A stretch of 64,000 nucleotides of DNA from an uncultured Gemmatimonadales bacterium (lineage in GTDB: Bacteria > Gemmatimonadota > Gemmatimonadetes > Gemmatimonadales > GWC2-71-9), in assembly GCA_963825055.1 (NCBI GenBank), contig CAWGSK010000012.1:416001-480000 (forward strand). The letters run 5' to 3'. The notes beneath the pieces were generated by a model. It did no database searches and was not told the DNA's origin. It worked only from the letters and a program-made list of their open reading frames with translations. Of this stretch, positions 47,973 through 60,568 are shown one piece after another (position 1 is the first letter of the stretch; each line of letters begins with the position of its first letter). Both the position numbers and the translations under genes were made by a program.

Positions 47973-48932
47973 TCAGGGGGCGGGGGGAGGGTGGTCCTGG
48001 TCGGCGCGCATCCGTGCCAGCTGGCGCGTTTCCTCCCGAATTCCCGCAATCATCTCGCCGACGAAACCGAAGCCGAACAGCACGATGCCGCTGATGACCA
48101 TGGTCTCCACCAGGTTCAGGAGCGGCCGGAGCCCGATGCCGTACCCGAACCGGAGGACAATCGCGACGATACCCGCCAGGAAGCCGATCGCGAAGACCAG
48201 GGCGCCCATGAGGCCGAAGAAGAGAAGTGGCTTTCGGCCGAACCGCAGCTGGAACCAGACCGACAGCAGGTCGAGCACCCCGACCGGGATCCGGCGCCAG
48301 TCGAACTTCGAGACCCCCGCACGCCGCGGGTAGAGCGGGACGGGCCGGGAGGTGAGGCGGAAGCCGTCGGCGGCCGCAATGACGACCATGTAGCGGTGCC
48401 AGTCCGGCCGGAGCGGCACGCCGAGCATGACGTCGCGCCGGTAGGCCTTGACCGAGTTGAGGTCGGTGACCGGCACCCCGAAGAGCCAGCGGCAAATCCG
48501 GTTGTAGATACCGGAGACGAACGCCTTCTCGTACTTCCCCTGCTTCGTACCCGTCACGATGTCAGCCTGGCCCTCGAGGATAGGCGTTACGAGGGCGGGA
48601 ATGTCCTCCGGATGGTACTGGAGGTCGGCCGGGTAGAAGACGAACACGTCACCCCGTGCGACCTCCCCGGCGGAGAGCAGCGCATCGGCAATGCCCCGCT
48701 GGCGGCGATGCGTCACGACCCTGAGGAAGGGATAGCGCTCCTGGAGGCCGTCGAGCACGGCGCCGGTGCCGTCCCGCGACCCGTCGTCCACGACCACCAC
48801 CTCGAAGCTGAACGCCTGGGGCTCCAGCGCCGCGGCACACAGGCGGACGAACTCGGGGAGATTTTCGGCCTCGTCCTTGGCCGGGATCAGGAGGCTGACA
48901 TCCACGTGACCCTGCGTCGCCGGGAGGGTCAT
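47973..48932 (-). CDS. GT2 family glycosyltransferase (GtrB/ArnC-like, two C-terminal TM helices)
   Basis: IPAKDEAENL, VDDGSRDGT, ADLQ, RRAGVSKF, C-terminal TMs ending GFVGE. Confidence 0.88.
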   Translation of the reverse strand: MTLPATQGHVDVSLLIPAKDEAENLPEFVRLCAAALEPQAFSFEVVVVDDGSRDGTGAVLDGLQERYPFLRVVTHRRQRGIADALLSAGEVARGDVFVFYPADLQYHPEDIPALVTPILEGQADIVTGTKQGKYEKAFVSGIYNRICRWLFGVPVTDLNSVKAYRRDVMLGVPLRPDWHRYMVVIAAADGFRLTSRPVPLYPRRAGVSKFDWRRIPVGVLDLLSVWFQLRFGRKPLLFFGLMGALVFAIGFLAGIVAIVLRFGYGIGLRPLLNLVETMVISGIVLFGFGFVGEMIAGIREETRQLARMRADQDHPPPAP

Positions 48933-50464
48933 ACGCGCTTCCGCATCCGGGCGGGGAGAATGCCGAGCTGATCGCGGTACTTGGCCACCGTCCGCCGCGC
49001 GATCTTGATCCCCTGCTCCTTGAAGAGGCTGACGATCTGCTGGTCGGTGAGCGGGCTCGCGCTGTCCTCTTCCTGCACCATCCTCTCCAGCTTTGCCCGG
49101 ATGGAGCGGGCGCTGGCATCCTCGCCGCTCGTGGTGGAGAGGGCGCTGGAGAAGAAGAACTTGAGCGGGAGCACGCCGCGCGGAGTCTGGACATACTTCT
49201 CGTTGGTGACCCGGCTGACGGTCGACTCGTGCATGTCGATCACCTCGGCCACCTCGCGGAGAGTCAGCGGGCGCAGGTGCTCGATGCCCTTCTCGAAGAA
49301 ATCGCGCTGGCGGTCCACGATGAAGTTCATGACCTTGAGCATCGTCTGGCGGCGCTGCTCCAACGCCTGGATCATCCAGTTGGCGCTGTTCATCTTGGTG
49401 GCGATGAACTCACGATTCTCGGCGGTGAGCTGCTTCTTGTCCCGCGCCAGTGCCTGGTAGGAACGGCTGAGGCGGAGGCGCGGGTAGCCGGTATCGTTCA
49501 GGAACACGTGATAGCGGCCGTCGATCTTGTCGACGATCAGGTCCGGCGTGACATAGCCGTCATCGCGGCTGCTGAACTTGAGGCCCGGCTTCGGATCGAA
49601 CTGGCCGAGCCCGTCCGCCGCGGTCTGGACCTCGCGCGGCTCCACCCCGAACCGCTTCGCCAGGTCGTTCCACCGATGCGCGAGGAGGTCGTCAAAGACC
49701 TCGGACACCAGCCGGTACGTGAGGGTGTCGGTCTCCTTGCGATCCTCAAGCTGCAGCAGGAGGCACTCGCGCAGGTCCCGGCAGGCAATCCCCGGCGGGT
49801 CCAGGTGCTGGATCACCCGAAGGAGCTCCTCGGCCTCGGCCATCGTGTACCACGGCACGTCGCCCGGCGGCCCTTCCGCGGTGTCCTCGTACTCCGGCGA
49901 GTCAGCCTCCGCGGGGTCGATCTCATTGCCGAAGTCGTCCAGGACCGGTTCTTCATTGCGGACAGCGGTGCCGCGGACCACGTGGTTGATACCGGCGAGA
50001 ATCTCCTCGAGCGACGCCGCGAGGTAGCCGTCGTCATTGATGTTCCCCAGGAACTCCTCGGCCAGGAGGAGCTGGCGCGGCGTGAGGTCCATGTGGGTGA
50101 GCTGCTCGCGCAGGTAGTCGGTCAGCCCCTTGGTCTCGACGGTGACGGGCTCGATGTACTCCCGCTCCTCGTACTGCTCCCGGGCGCCGCCAACGTCGAA
50201 CCCGTTGAGGAGAATCTCTTCCCAGTCGGTTTCGTTCTCCTGCTTGGCTTCTTCCTTCTCCTTCGCGTCCTGCGCCGCCTGGTCCTGCACTTCCTCCTCG
50301 TCCGGTTCGAGCAGCTCGAGGAACGGGTTCACCAGCAACTCCTGCTTCAGGTGCTGCTGGAGATCCATCATGGGCATGTAGAGCATGTCCATCGCCTGAT
50401 AGAGCCGCGGGTTGATCCGCAGCTCCTGCCGCATGCCCTGGTACTGGCCGAGTCCCGTCTTCAT
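48929..50464 (-). CDS. rpoN: RNA polymerase sigma-54 factor
   Basis: [22 protein letters not shown], RpoN box ARRTVAKYR. Confidence 0.96.
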   Translation of the reverse strand: MKTGLGQYQGMRQELRINPRLYQAMDMLYMPMMDLQQHLKQELLVNPFLELLEPDEEEVQDQAAQDAKEKEEAKQENETDWEEILLNGFDVGGAREQYEEREYIEPVTVETKGLTDYLREQLTHMDLTPRQLLLAEEFLGNINDDGYLAASLEEILAGINHVVRGTAVRNEEPVLDDFGNEIDPAEADSPEYEDTAEGPPGDVPWYTMAEAEELLRVIQHLDPPGIACRDLRECLLLQLEDRKETDTLTYRLVSEVFDDLLAHRWNDLAKRFGVEPREVQTAADGLGQFDPKPGLKFSSRDDGYVTPDLIVDKIDGRYHVFLNDTGYPRLRLSRSYQALARDKKQLTAENREFIATKMNSANWMIQALEQRRQTMLKVMNFIVDRQRDFFEKGIEHLRPLTLREVAEVIDMHESTVSRVTNEKYVQTPRGVLPLKFFFSSALSTTSGEDASARSIRAKLERMVQEEDSASPLTDQQIVSLFKEQGIKIARRTVAKYRDQLGILPARMRKRV

Positions 50465-51636
50465 GCGACGTCCTGCAGCCGGGCGCGAAGCCGGCTGGCC
50501 AGGGTGGGCCCGAGGTAGGCCTCGGCCACCCGGTCGTCAAAGACGAGTTCCCGGACGGTTCCGGAGACCTGGACCTGTCCTTCGAACATGATGTAGGCGC
50601 GATCCACGATATCGAGTGTCTGTTCCACGTTGTGGTCGGTGATCAGGACGCCGAGGCCACGGTGGCGCAGCCCGGCAACGATCGTCTGGATGTCGTGCAC
50701 TGCGATCGGGTCGACCCCGGCAAACGGCTCATCCAGCAGCATGAATTTAGGGTCGGTGACCAGCGCGCGCGTGATTTCGAGTCGCCGCCGCTCCCCGCCG
50801 CTCAGTGAGTAGGCCTTGTTCCGCCGCAGGTGCTTGATCCCCAGCTCGTCAAGCATGTGCTCCAGGCGACGGTGCCGCTCGTCCCGGCTGAGGGGAAGCG
50901 TCTCGAGGATGGCGCCGATGTTGTCCTCGACGCTGAGCTTCCGGAAGACGGACGGTTCCTGCGCGAGATACCCGATGCCCGCTCGCGCGCGGCGGTACAT
51001 CGGCGCACTGGTGAGGTCACGGTCGTCGATCCGCACCAGACCCCTGTCCGGGCGAATGAGCCCTGTAATAAGGTAGAAGGTGGTGGTCTTTCCGGCCCCG
51101 TTGGGGCCGAGCAGCCCCACGATCTCCCCCTGCTCCACCCGTACCGTCACATCGTCCACCACCTTGCGCCGCTTGAAGGACTTCGAGAGCCCGACACCTT
51201 CCAGGACGCTCCCCGCTGGTCGGGCCGCGGGGGCCTGGTCGGCCATGGAATGGCGCAACGCATCGCATGCCGACGCGAGCATCCGGTCCCGGAGCCCGTC
51301 ACGGTTCGCCCGGACGTCCTGCCACCAGGGGCCCGTCGCGACGACGCCCTCCGGGCGGTCCGCGTCGGCGGGCAGGAACTGGACGAAGCCCTGGGTGACC
51401 AGCCGTGGCAACACGCTGCGGCGGAGGTTCTCCCGCACCTGATCGCCACTCAGCTCGAGGCTGACGGGGAGACCGACCTCCCGGCTGCACCGGATAAACG
51501 TGTTGCGGTATTCCAGAATGAGGTCGCCGAACAGGGTGCGACCGTCGTCGTCCGCCACCCGGGCAAGCGCCGCAAGGCACAGCGGCACGGACGGGTCCTG
51601 GTCCTGAAGTCCGGCAAGCCAGGCAGGGGCCGTCAC
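50461..51636 (-). CDS. lptB: LPS export ABC ATPase LptB with ~140-aa N-terminal extension
   Basis: [44 protein letters not shown]; lptC-lptA-lptB-rpoN synteny. Confidence 0.92.
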   Translation of the reverse strand: MTAPAWLAGLQDQDPSVPLCLAALARVADDDGRTLFGDLILEYRNTFIRCSREVGLPVSLELSGDQVRENLRRSVLPRLVTQGFVQFLPADADRPEGVVATGPWWQDVRANRDGLRDRMLASACDALRHSMADQAPAARPAGSVLEGVGLSKSFKRRKVVDDVTVRVEQGEIVGLLGPNGAGKTTTFYLITGLIRPDRGLVRIDDRDLTSAPMYRRARAGIGYLAQEPSVFRKLSVEDNIGAILETLPLSRDERHRRLEHMLDELGIKHLRRNKAYSLSGGERRRLEITRALVTDPKFMLLDEPFAGVDPIAVHDIQTIVAGLRHRGLGVLITDHNVEQTLDIVDRAYIMFEGQVQVSGTVRELVFDDRVAEAYLGPTLASRLRARLQDVA

Positions 51637-52940
51637 GGGGAAGCTCCCGCTGTCGTGTCGGCGCGCGCGATGTCCGGATCGAGCTGAACACCGTCCACCG
51701 ACCCACGCAGCTCGACCCGGTCCACCCCGCTCGCCTCCCCCGACTTCATGCGGATGACGATGTGGTCGGCCCGGGAGTAGGAGATGCCCGGCCGCGACTT
51801 CTCCTCGCCCCCCGTGCGGTACAGCGCCGTGGCCGATCCGTCAGCCGCGACGCGCTCCAGGGCCGTCCGCGTCGTGCCAGCGGAGTCGCGCTGGGCAAAA
51901 TCGGCAACCACGGTGTCCCCCGTGAGCTCGTCCCGCTCCCCGCTGGCGGAGTCGGGCGCGCCCCCTACCCACGCCGTGCCGAACGCACGGGTCTGCCGCA
52001 GGTGCCGCTCCGGCGTGTCAAGCGCGAGCGAGTCGGCCCGGATCTCGTAGTCCGGCGCGACGGCCCACGGGCGAATGCGGCTTCCCCACGCGAGGGTCTG
52101 CTGGAGCTGGTCTGCCTCGATATCCAGTGAGATCGTGTCGGCCCGGAGATCCACGTCGGTGGCGACCGCATGGCCGTCATCCTTCGCGATGACCAGGTCC
52201 AGGTCATTATTCCGGAGCGCAAGATCGATGCGGCGGCCGGTGAGATCGAACGTGTCCTTGCCCAGCCCGCGCATGAGCGGCGTGCCAATGAGGCTGCCGT
52301 CCTGTCCCGCGCCCGTGTCCAGCCGCATGGAATCGGCGCGAGCAGCAAAGTCGCTCCGGTCAATGGTGGTACGGCCGCCGGTCCAGATCCGGTCGTTCCC
52401 CTTGAGACGGACCCGGTCGGCCACGATCACGTACGCCTCCTCGGCCTGGCCGGTGGAGTCCTGCGGGATGTAGTGGATGACCGGCCGCTGGAAGGCATAC
52501 ATCTCCGTCGTGTCCCGGCGCCCCTTCAGGGTGCGCCAGTAGTCAAGCGTCGGCCCCCGGAGCGTCGAGCCGGTTTCGAGGTTCCGGGTCACCACATTCC
52601 CGCGGGCCTCCCACCGCTCGCCCTGGCGGTAGTAGGTGCCGTTGTCGGCGGTCATGTTGATGGTGGAATCGCGGTAGGCAACATTGCCGATGAACTGGAC
52701 AATGCCGACGCTGCCGCCGTAGGAGGCAATGCTGTCGGCCTGCATCCGGATCGGGCGACCCACGCATCCAAGGATGACATTGCCCCCCGCGTAGTAATTG
52801 ACGCCGGTCGCGGTGGAGTCGCGACGTCCCTGCCGGTCCACGTTGATGATCTCGAACCGGCAGTCCTCGGTGTCCTGCGCGGCGGTGGTGGCGGGGAGGA
52901 GGACGAGGGCGGCGAGCGCCACGGGGAGGAGGCGTGTCAT
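51633..52940 (-). CDS. Long LptA/OstA-like periplasmic beta-jellyroll protein
   Basis: Signal peptide; repeated xAD(S/R)x and GNV beta motifs; lies between lptC and lptB. Confidence 0.7.
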   Translation of the reverse strand: MTRLLPVALAALVLLPATTAAQDTEDCRFEIINVDRQGRRDSTATGVNYYAGGNVILGCVGRPIRMQADSIASYGGSVGIVQFIGNVAYRDSTINMTADNGTYYRQGERWEARGNVVTRNLETGSTLRGPTLDYWRTLKGRRDTTEMYAFQRPVIHYIPQDSTGQAEEAYVIVADRVRLKGNDRIWTGGRTTIDRSDFAARADSMRLDTGAGQDGSLIGTPLMRGLGKDTFDLTGRRIDLALRNNDLDLVIAKDDGHAVATDVDLRADTISLDIEADQLQQTLAWGSRIRPWAVAPDYEIRADSLALDTPERHLRQTRAFGTAWVGGAPDSASGERDELTGDTVVADFAQRDSAGTTRTALERVAADGSATALYRTGGEEKSRPGISYSRADHIVIRMKSGEASGVDRVELRGSVDGVQLDPDIARADTTAGASP

Positions 52941-53479
52941 TGCCCCGGCAGCGGCTGGGCGCCGCCCTCCGTCCCACGAGGCTGGTTCACGACGAAGTTG
53001 GTGAAATTCATGTCGGAACGAAATCCGTTGCCGCGGATAAGGTTGCCCCGGTCATTGAACGTGAACGGCTGGTTACTGGTGATCTGCTCCGAATGCGGCT
53101 CGTAATTGAGCACCGTGGTGCGGAGGACACGCCCGCCGTCCTGCGACCGGCCCACAACGGTGCCGCGCGCGGTCATCGCCCCGTCCTGCCAGTGGTAATC
53201 GCCCGAATCCGCGGTCAGGATGGACGTCACCTCGCCCGCATCGCCGTAAAAGGTCACATTGAGCCCGATCATCCGGACCGTCTGGGTCGGTTCGTAGAAG
53301 TAGGCGGTATCGGCCTCGACAAAGCTCCGCCGGATCCCGTCCTGCGTGATCGAGTGCTGCATCGCGTAGAGGATCTGGTCCGCGGTATCCGAGGTGACGA
53401 CGGTCTGCGTCGGCTGGACGCCACGCTCCTGGCACGCCGCGAGGACGGCACACGCCAGCAGCAGGGAGAGGGGCCTCAC
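52937..53479 (-). CDS. lptC: LPS export periplasmic protein LptC (lipoprotein signal)
   Basis: LAAC lipobox; LTADSG, LRTTVLNY, IRGNGF; position after kdsD. Confidence 0.8.
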   Translation of the reverse strand: MRPLSLLLACAVLAACQERGVQPTQTVVTSDTADQILYAMQHSITQDGIRRSFVEADTAYFYEPTQTVRMIGLNVTFYGDAGEVTSILTADSGDYHWQDGAMTARGTVVGRSQDGGRVLRTTVLNYEPHSEQITSNQPFTFNDRGNLIRGNGFRSDMNFTNFVVNQPRGTEGGAQPLPGQ

Positions 53480-54441
53480 ACCGCCCCCGCCCGCATGAGG
53501 TCATGCAGGTGCACGACGCCCTCGACCCGGCCGGTTTCGTCCACCACCGGGAGGGCCATGATCCCGTGGTGCTCCATCACCCCGACGGCGGAGGCGGCCA
53601 GATCGTCCCCGCGGGCGGTGCGCGGCGTGCGGGTCATGACATCCCGCACCGGAACCTGCAGGAACTCGCCCTGCCGCTCGGCGAGGCGTGTCAGGTCTCC
53701 GGCGGTGACCACGCCGACCAGGCTCCCATCTTCGACTACCGGGACCAGGCCGCGGTGACGCGCGAGCGCGACCACGATCCGGTCCATCCGGACGGCCGGA
53801 CCTTCCGCGCCGACGTTGGTGACCATGACGTCCCGGACCCGGAGGGTAAGCTTGACCCCGATCTGTCCACCCGGATGGAGGGCGGCGAAGTCCTCGCGCC
53901 GGAATCCCTTCCGCTCGAGCAGGACCACGGCCAGCGCGTCGCCGAGGGCGAGCGCGACGGTCGTGCTCGCGGTGGGCGCCAGGTCGTGCGGACAGGCCTC
54001 TTCCGTCACGGAGGCATCGAGCGTAACGGTGGCAAGCCGAGCCAGCACGGAGTCGGACCTGCCCGTGAGGGCGATGATCGGGACCCGCATGCGCTGCAGG
54101 GACTCGAGCAGGCCGAAGAGCTCCTGGGACTCCCCGCTCTTGCTCAGGATGATGGCGACATCGTCCCGGCCGACCATTCCGAGGTCGCCATGCAGGCTGT
54201 CCACCGGGTGCAGGTAACTCGCGGGAGTGCCTGTGGACGTGAGAGTGGCAGCGATCTTCCGCCCGATCAGGCCCGATTTCCCCACCCCGGAGACGATGAT
54301 CCGCCCGCGGGCACCGGCGAGGAGCTCCACCGCACGGCCGAATTCCGCGCCGATCCGTCCGGCGCACGCGGAGAGCTGGGCCGCCTCCAGCGCCAGGACC
54401 CTGCGGCCCTGGTCGGTGGCGGTCATCGCCTCATGCGGCAT
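53476..54441 (-). CDS. kdsD: Arabinose-5-phosphate isomerase (KpsF/GutQ; SIS + CBS)
   Basis: GVGKSG, HGDLG, SKSGES, LAPTASTT, HPGG, HLHDL. Confidence 0.93.
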   Translation of the reverse strand: MPHEAMTATDQGRRVLALEAAQLSACAGRIGAEFGRAVELLAGARGRIIVSGVGKSGLIGRKIAATLTSTGTPASYLHPVDSLHGDLGMVGRDDVAIILSKSGESQELFGLLESLQRMRVPIIALTGRSDSVLARLATVTLDASVTEEACPHDLAPTASTTVALALGDALAVVLLERKGFRREDFAALHPGGQIGVKLTLRVRDVMVTNVGAEGPAVRMDRIVVALARHRGLVPVVEDGSLVGVVTAGDLTRLAERQGEFLQVPVRDVMTRTPRTARGDDLAASAVGVMEHHGIMALPVVDETGRVEGVVHLHDLMRAGAV

Positions 54442-54977
54442 CGTCGCCCCGCTCGCGCACGAAGCGCTCGACGGCCGCATCCCACTCTCCGCGGGCACGA
54501 AGTATCGCCTCGATGGCCTCGCGCACCGCGCCGTACCCGCCGGCGAGGCGGGTCACCCACGCGGCGGCTTCCCGGATCTCGGGCACGGCGTTGGCCACGG
54601 CGATCGGCAGCCCGACCCTCCGCATGAGCGGGAGGTCCGCGAGATCGTCGCCCATGAACGCAACGTCCTCCCAGGCGAGCCCGCGGCGGGCGAGCAGTTG
54701 TTCCATCGGGCCGAGCTTTGCGGCGCCCTGCACCTGGAGGACCTCCTCGATGCGAAGCTCTTGCGCGCGCAGCGTGGTGGCCTCGGAATGCCTGCCGCTC
54801 AGCCAGAAGACCGGAATGCCGGCCCCCCGCAGTATCCCGATTCCCAGTCCATCCTGGATGTCGAATCGCTTGAACTCCACGCGCGCGCCGTCCACCCGGC
54901 CCAGGAACACGGCATTGTCGGTCAGGACGCCATCGACGTCGAGGCCGAGGATCCTGACGGCCCGGGCGAGTGCCGGG

Positions 54978-54985
<8 letters not shown>
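54431..54985 (-). CDS. kdsC: KDO-8-phosphate phosphatase
   Basis: DVDGVLTD, DGLG, SGR, MGDDLAD, GGYGAVRE. Confidence 0.93.
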
Positions 54986-58202
<3,217 letters not shown>

Positions 58203-58207
58203 AACAA

Positions 58208-58236
58208 AAGGTAATAGCGGCCCGGCGGCCTGTCAA
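58208..58236 (-). promoter_or_regulatory. Sigma70 promoter of the kdsB operon, probably leaderless
   Basis: On - strand TTGACA-17 bp-TACCTT, ending 5 nt before the GTG at 58202. Confidence 0.7.
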
Positions 58237-58298
58237 AATTTGTGCCGCGCCTTCTCAGGGGGCTTGACGCGAGCGCTATCGGGTTTTAGAGCAACAAC

Positions 58299-58913
58299 TT
58301 AGGCAGGTAGTCCGGCGGGGGGTGCCAAGGGGCTTCGGGCCAGGCGAAGGAAGCTTTCGATGAGGGCCCGGCCCCCCTCTGACGCGATGGACTCCGGGTG
58401 GAACTGAACCCCGTGGACTGGGGCGTTCCGGTGGCTCACCGCCATGATTTCGCTCCGGGGTTCACGGTCGCCGGCCCAGGCCGTCACTTCAAGTTCCGCA
58501 GGAAGGGAGTCAGGCGCCACGACGAGGGAATGATACCGCATCACTTCGAGCGGATCAGCCAGACCCGCGAACAGCCCTGCGCCCGAATGGTGGATACCTG
58601 TCGTCTTGCCGTGCATGAGCCGGTCCGCCCGCACGATGCGCCCGCCGAGCGCCTCGGCGATGGCCTGATGGCCCAGGCAGACACCAAGAAGTGGAATCCG
58701 GCGGCCCAGCGCTCCCAGTACCAGCGGGATCGAGATGCCGGCCCGGTCCGGCGTGCCGGGACCGGGAGAGATGATAATGGCATCCGCCATCCCCAGGGCC
58801 TCATCCACGCTGATCGCATCATTCCGACGGACGACCGGCGTGGCGCCGAGTTCACCAGCGAGCTGAACCAGGTTCCAGGTAAAGCTGTCGTAGTTGTCGA
58901 GGACGAGCAGCAT
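58299..58913 (-). CDS. Anthranilate/aminodeoxychorismate synthase component II (TrpG/PabA)
   Basis: DNYDSFT, SPGPGTP, GVCLGHQ, HGK, RYHSL, QFHPES. Confidence 0.94.
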   Translation of the reverse strand: MLLVLDNYDSFTWNLVQLAGELGATPVVRRNDAISVDEALGMADAIIISPGPGTPDRAGISIPLVLGALGRRIPLLGVCLGHQAIAEALGGRIVRADRLMHGKTTGIHHSGAGLFAGLADPLEVMRYHSLVVAPDSLPAELEVTAWAGDREPRSEIMAVSHRNAPVHGVQFHPESIASEGGRALIESFLRLARSPLAPPAGLPA

Positions 58914-59651
58914 TCAGGGTTTCTGGCCCGGTACGGGAGGAGGCGCAGGGGGGCCTCCCTGGCGGACGCGGCGGACCGAGTCGGCCAGACGGGTCGCCTG
59001 ACGGAGCGCGGAATCCGCCGATTGCATGGCGGAATCGACATGCCGGTTGATGGCGTTGGTCAGGGAGTCCGTATCGATCGCGCCGACCGGCCGGTCCGGC
59101 GTGGGGCGGTCCTGGAACTCCGCGATGTCCGAGGGAGTGAGCATGAGCGGGAACTCCCTGTCTCCCACCACCACGACGCCGAACGGCTCGAGGGCCGGCG
59201 CGGCGGGTGCTTCAGCTACGGTCACGCCTGCCCCGGACGAGTCCCTGGTCCCGGCGTGCGCGGCTGGAGCCGGAGCGACGGCGGCGGCGCTGTCCGTCCG
59301 CAGGCATTCGAACGTGCTCGTCTCGTCGAGCTCGGTGACGCGGTGGCCGGCGAGCACACACCCGTCGAGACGCTCGGGACCGATGCCGGAGTCCAGCTTC
59401 GCCACGAGGCGCAGGCTGGTGATAACTTTGGGGGCACTCCGCTCCAGGGTGACTCGTTCGATCGAACCCAGGCGCTCCCCGTCGACCTTGAAGGGAAGGA
59501 TGCCGAAGGGCAGCGGGATGGTGATGTTACCCGAGCCCTCGGTGATTTCACGGACGCCGTGCGACGCCCGGCGGATGCCGGTCACCGCAAGCATGCCCAC
59601 GACGAAGATGGCCAGGGCTCCGAGGATGATCTTCAGCCAGTAAGTACGCAT
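58914..59651 (-). CDS. Membrane-anchored hypothetical protein
   Basis: 245-aa ORF with N-terminal TM helix; its stop directly abuts the trpG/pabA start. Confidence 0.7.
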   Translation of the reverse strand: MRTYWLKIILGALAIFVVGMLAVTGIRRASHGVREITEGSGNITIPLPFGILPFKVDGERLGSIERVTLERSAPKVITSLRLVAKLDSGIGPERLDGCVLAGHRVTELDETSTFECLRTDSAAAVAPAPAAHAGTRDSSGAGVTVAEAPAAPALEPFGVVVVGDREFPLMLTPSDIAEFQDRPTPDRPVGAIDTDSLTNAINRHVDSAMQSADSALRQATRLADSVRRVRQGGPPAPPPVPGQKP

Positions 59652-59797
59652 GGAACGGGTTTCCCGTCTTGGGTTGTGCGGGTCGTGGCGACCCGAGTCG
59701 TTTCATACCGTGACGTCAGAACGGGGCCTGCGGTTTCACCCCATCACCGCGCCGGAGACGCCGCGACGTCTCAGGTCGCTATTGGTAAGATACTGCC

Positions 59798-60568
59798 ATG
59801 ACGCATGTTACGCTTTCCGGCTCCGGCTTGCTCGAGGTCCAGGGGCTTACCCGACTGTACGGTGAATTCGCCGCGGTCACCGACCTGTCGTTTTCGGTCG
59901 GCCCCGGGGAGGTCATCGGCCTCGTCGGCCCGAACGGCGCCGGCAAGACGACGACGCTCCGGAGCATTGCGGGGATTATCCCTCCGTCGGAAGGATCGAT
60001 CAGGGTTGCGGGGTATGACCTGGTCCGGAATCCACTTCCCGCCCGCCGGCGGCTCGCGTTCGTCCCCGACGAGCCGCATCTCTTCGAGTACCTGACGGTC
60101 ACGGAGCACCTGCGGTTCGTTGCCCGAATCTATCAGGTGGCCGACCCGGATACCACGATCCCGCCGCTGCTGGATGAACTGGAGCTGGTGCCGCACCGAG
60201 ACAAGCTGCCCGGCGAGCTCTCGCGCGGGATGAAGCAGAAGCTGGCCATCGCCTGCGGGCTGCTCCATGACCCCATCGTGCTCCTGTTCGACGAGCCGCT
60301 CACCGGCCTGGATCCGGTGGGTATCAGGCGGATGAAGGACACCATCCTGGCCCGGGCCCGTGCAGGCGCGGCGGTCGTACTGAGCTCCCACCTGCTGCAC
60401 CTGGTCGAGGAGTTGTGTTCATCCATTCTCGTGCTCCAGCGCGGGAGGCTGGTGGCCCACGGCACCATCGCGGACATCATCGCCGAGCGGCCGCAGCTCA
60501 CCGGGCGCGGGCTTGAGGAAGTTTTCCTCGCGCTGACGGGCGACGTGTCCGGGGATGAGCGGGCATGA
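59798..60568 (+). CDS. ABC exporter ATP-binding protein
   Basis: [29 protein letters not shown]. Confidence 0.92.
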   Translation: MTHVTLSGSGLLEVQGLTRLYGEFAAVTDLSFSVGPGEVIGLVGPNGAGKTTTLRSIAGIIPPSEGSIRVAGYDLVRNPLPARRRLAFVPDEPHLFEYLTVTEHLRFVARIYQVADPDTTIPPLLDELELVPHRDKLPGELSRGMKQKLAIACGLLHDPIVLLFDEPLTGLDPVGIRRMKDTILARARAGAAVVLSSHLLHLVEELCSSILVLQRGRLVAHGTIADIIAERPQLTGRGLEEVFLALTGDVSGDERA

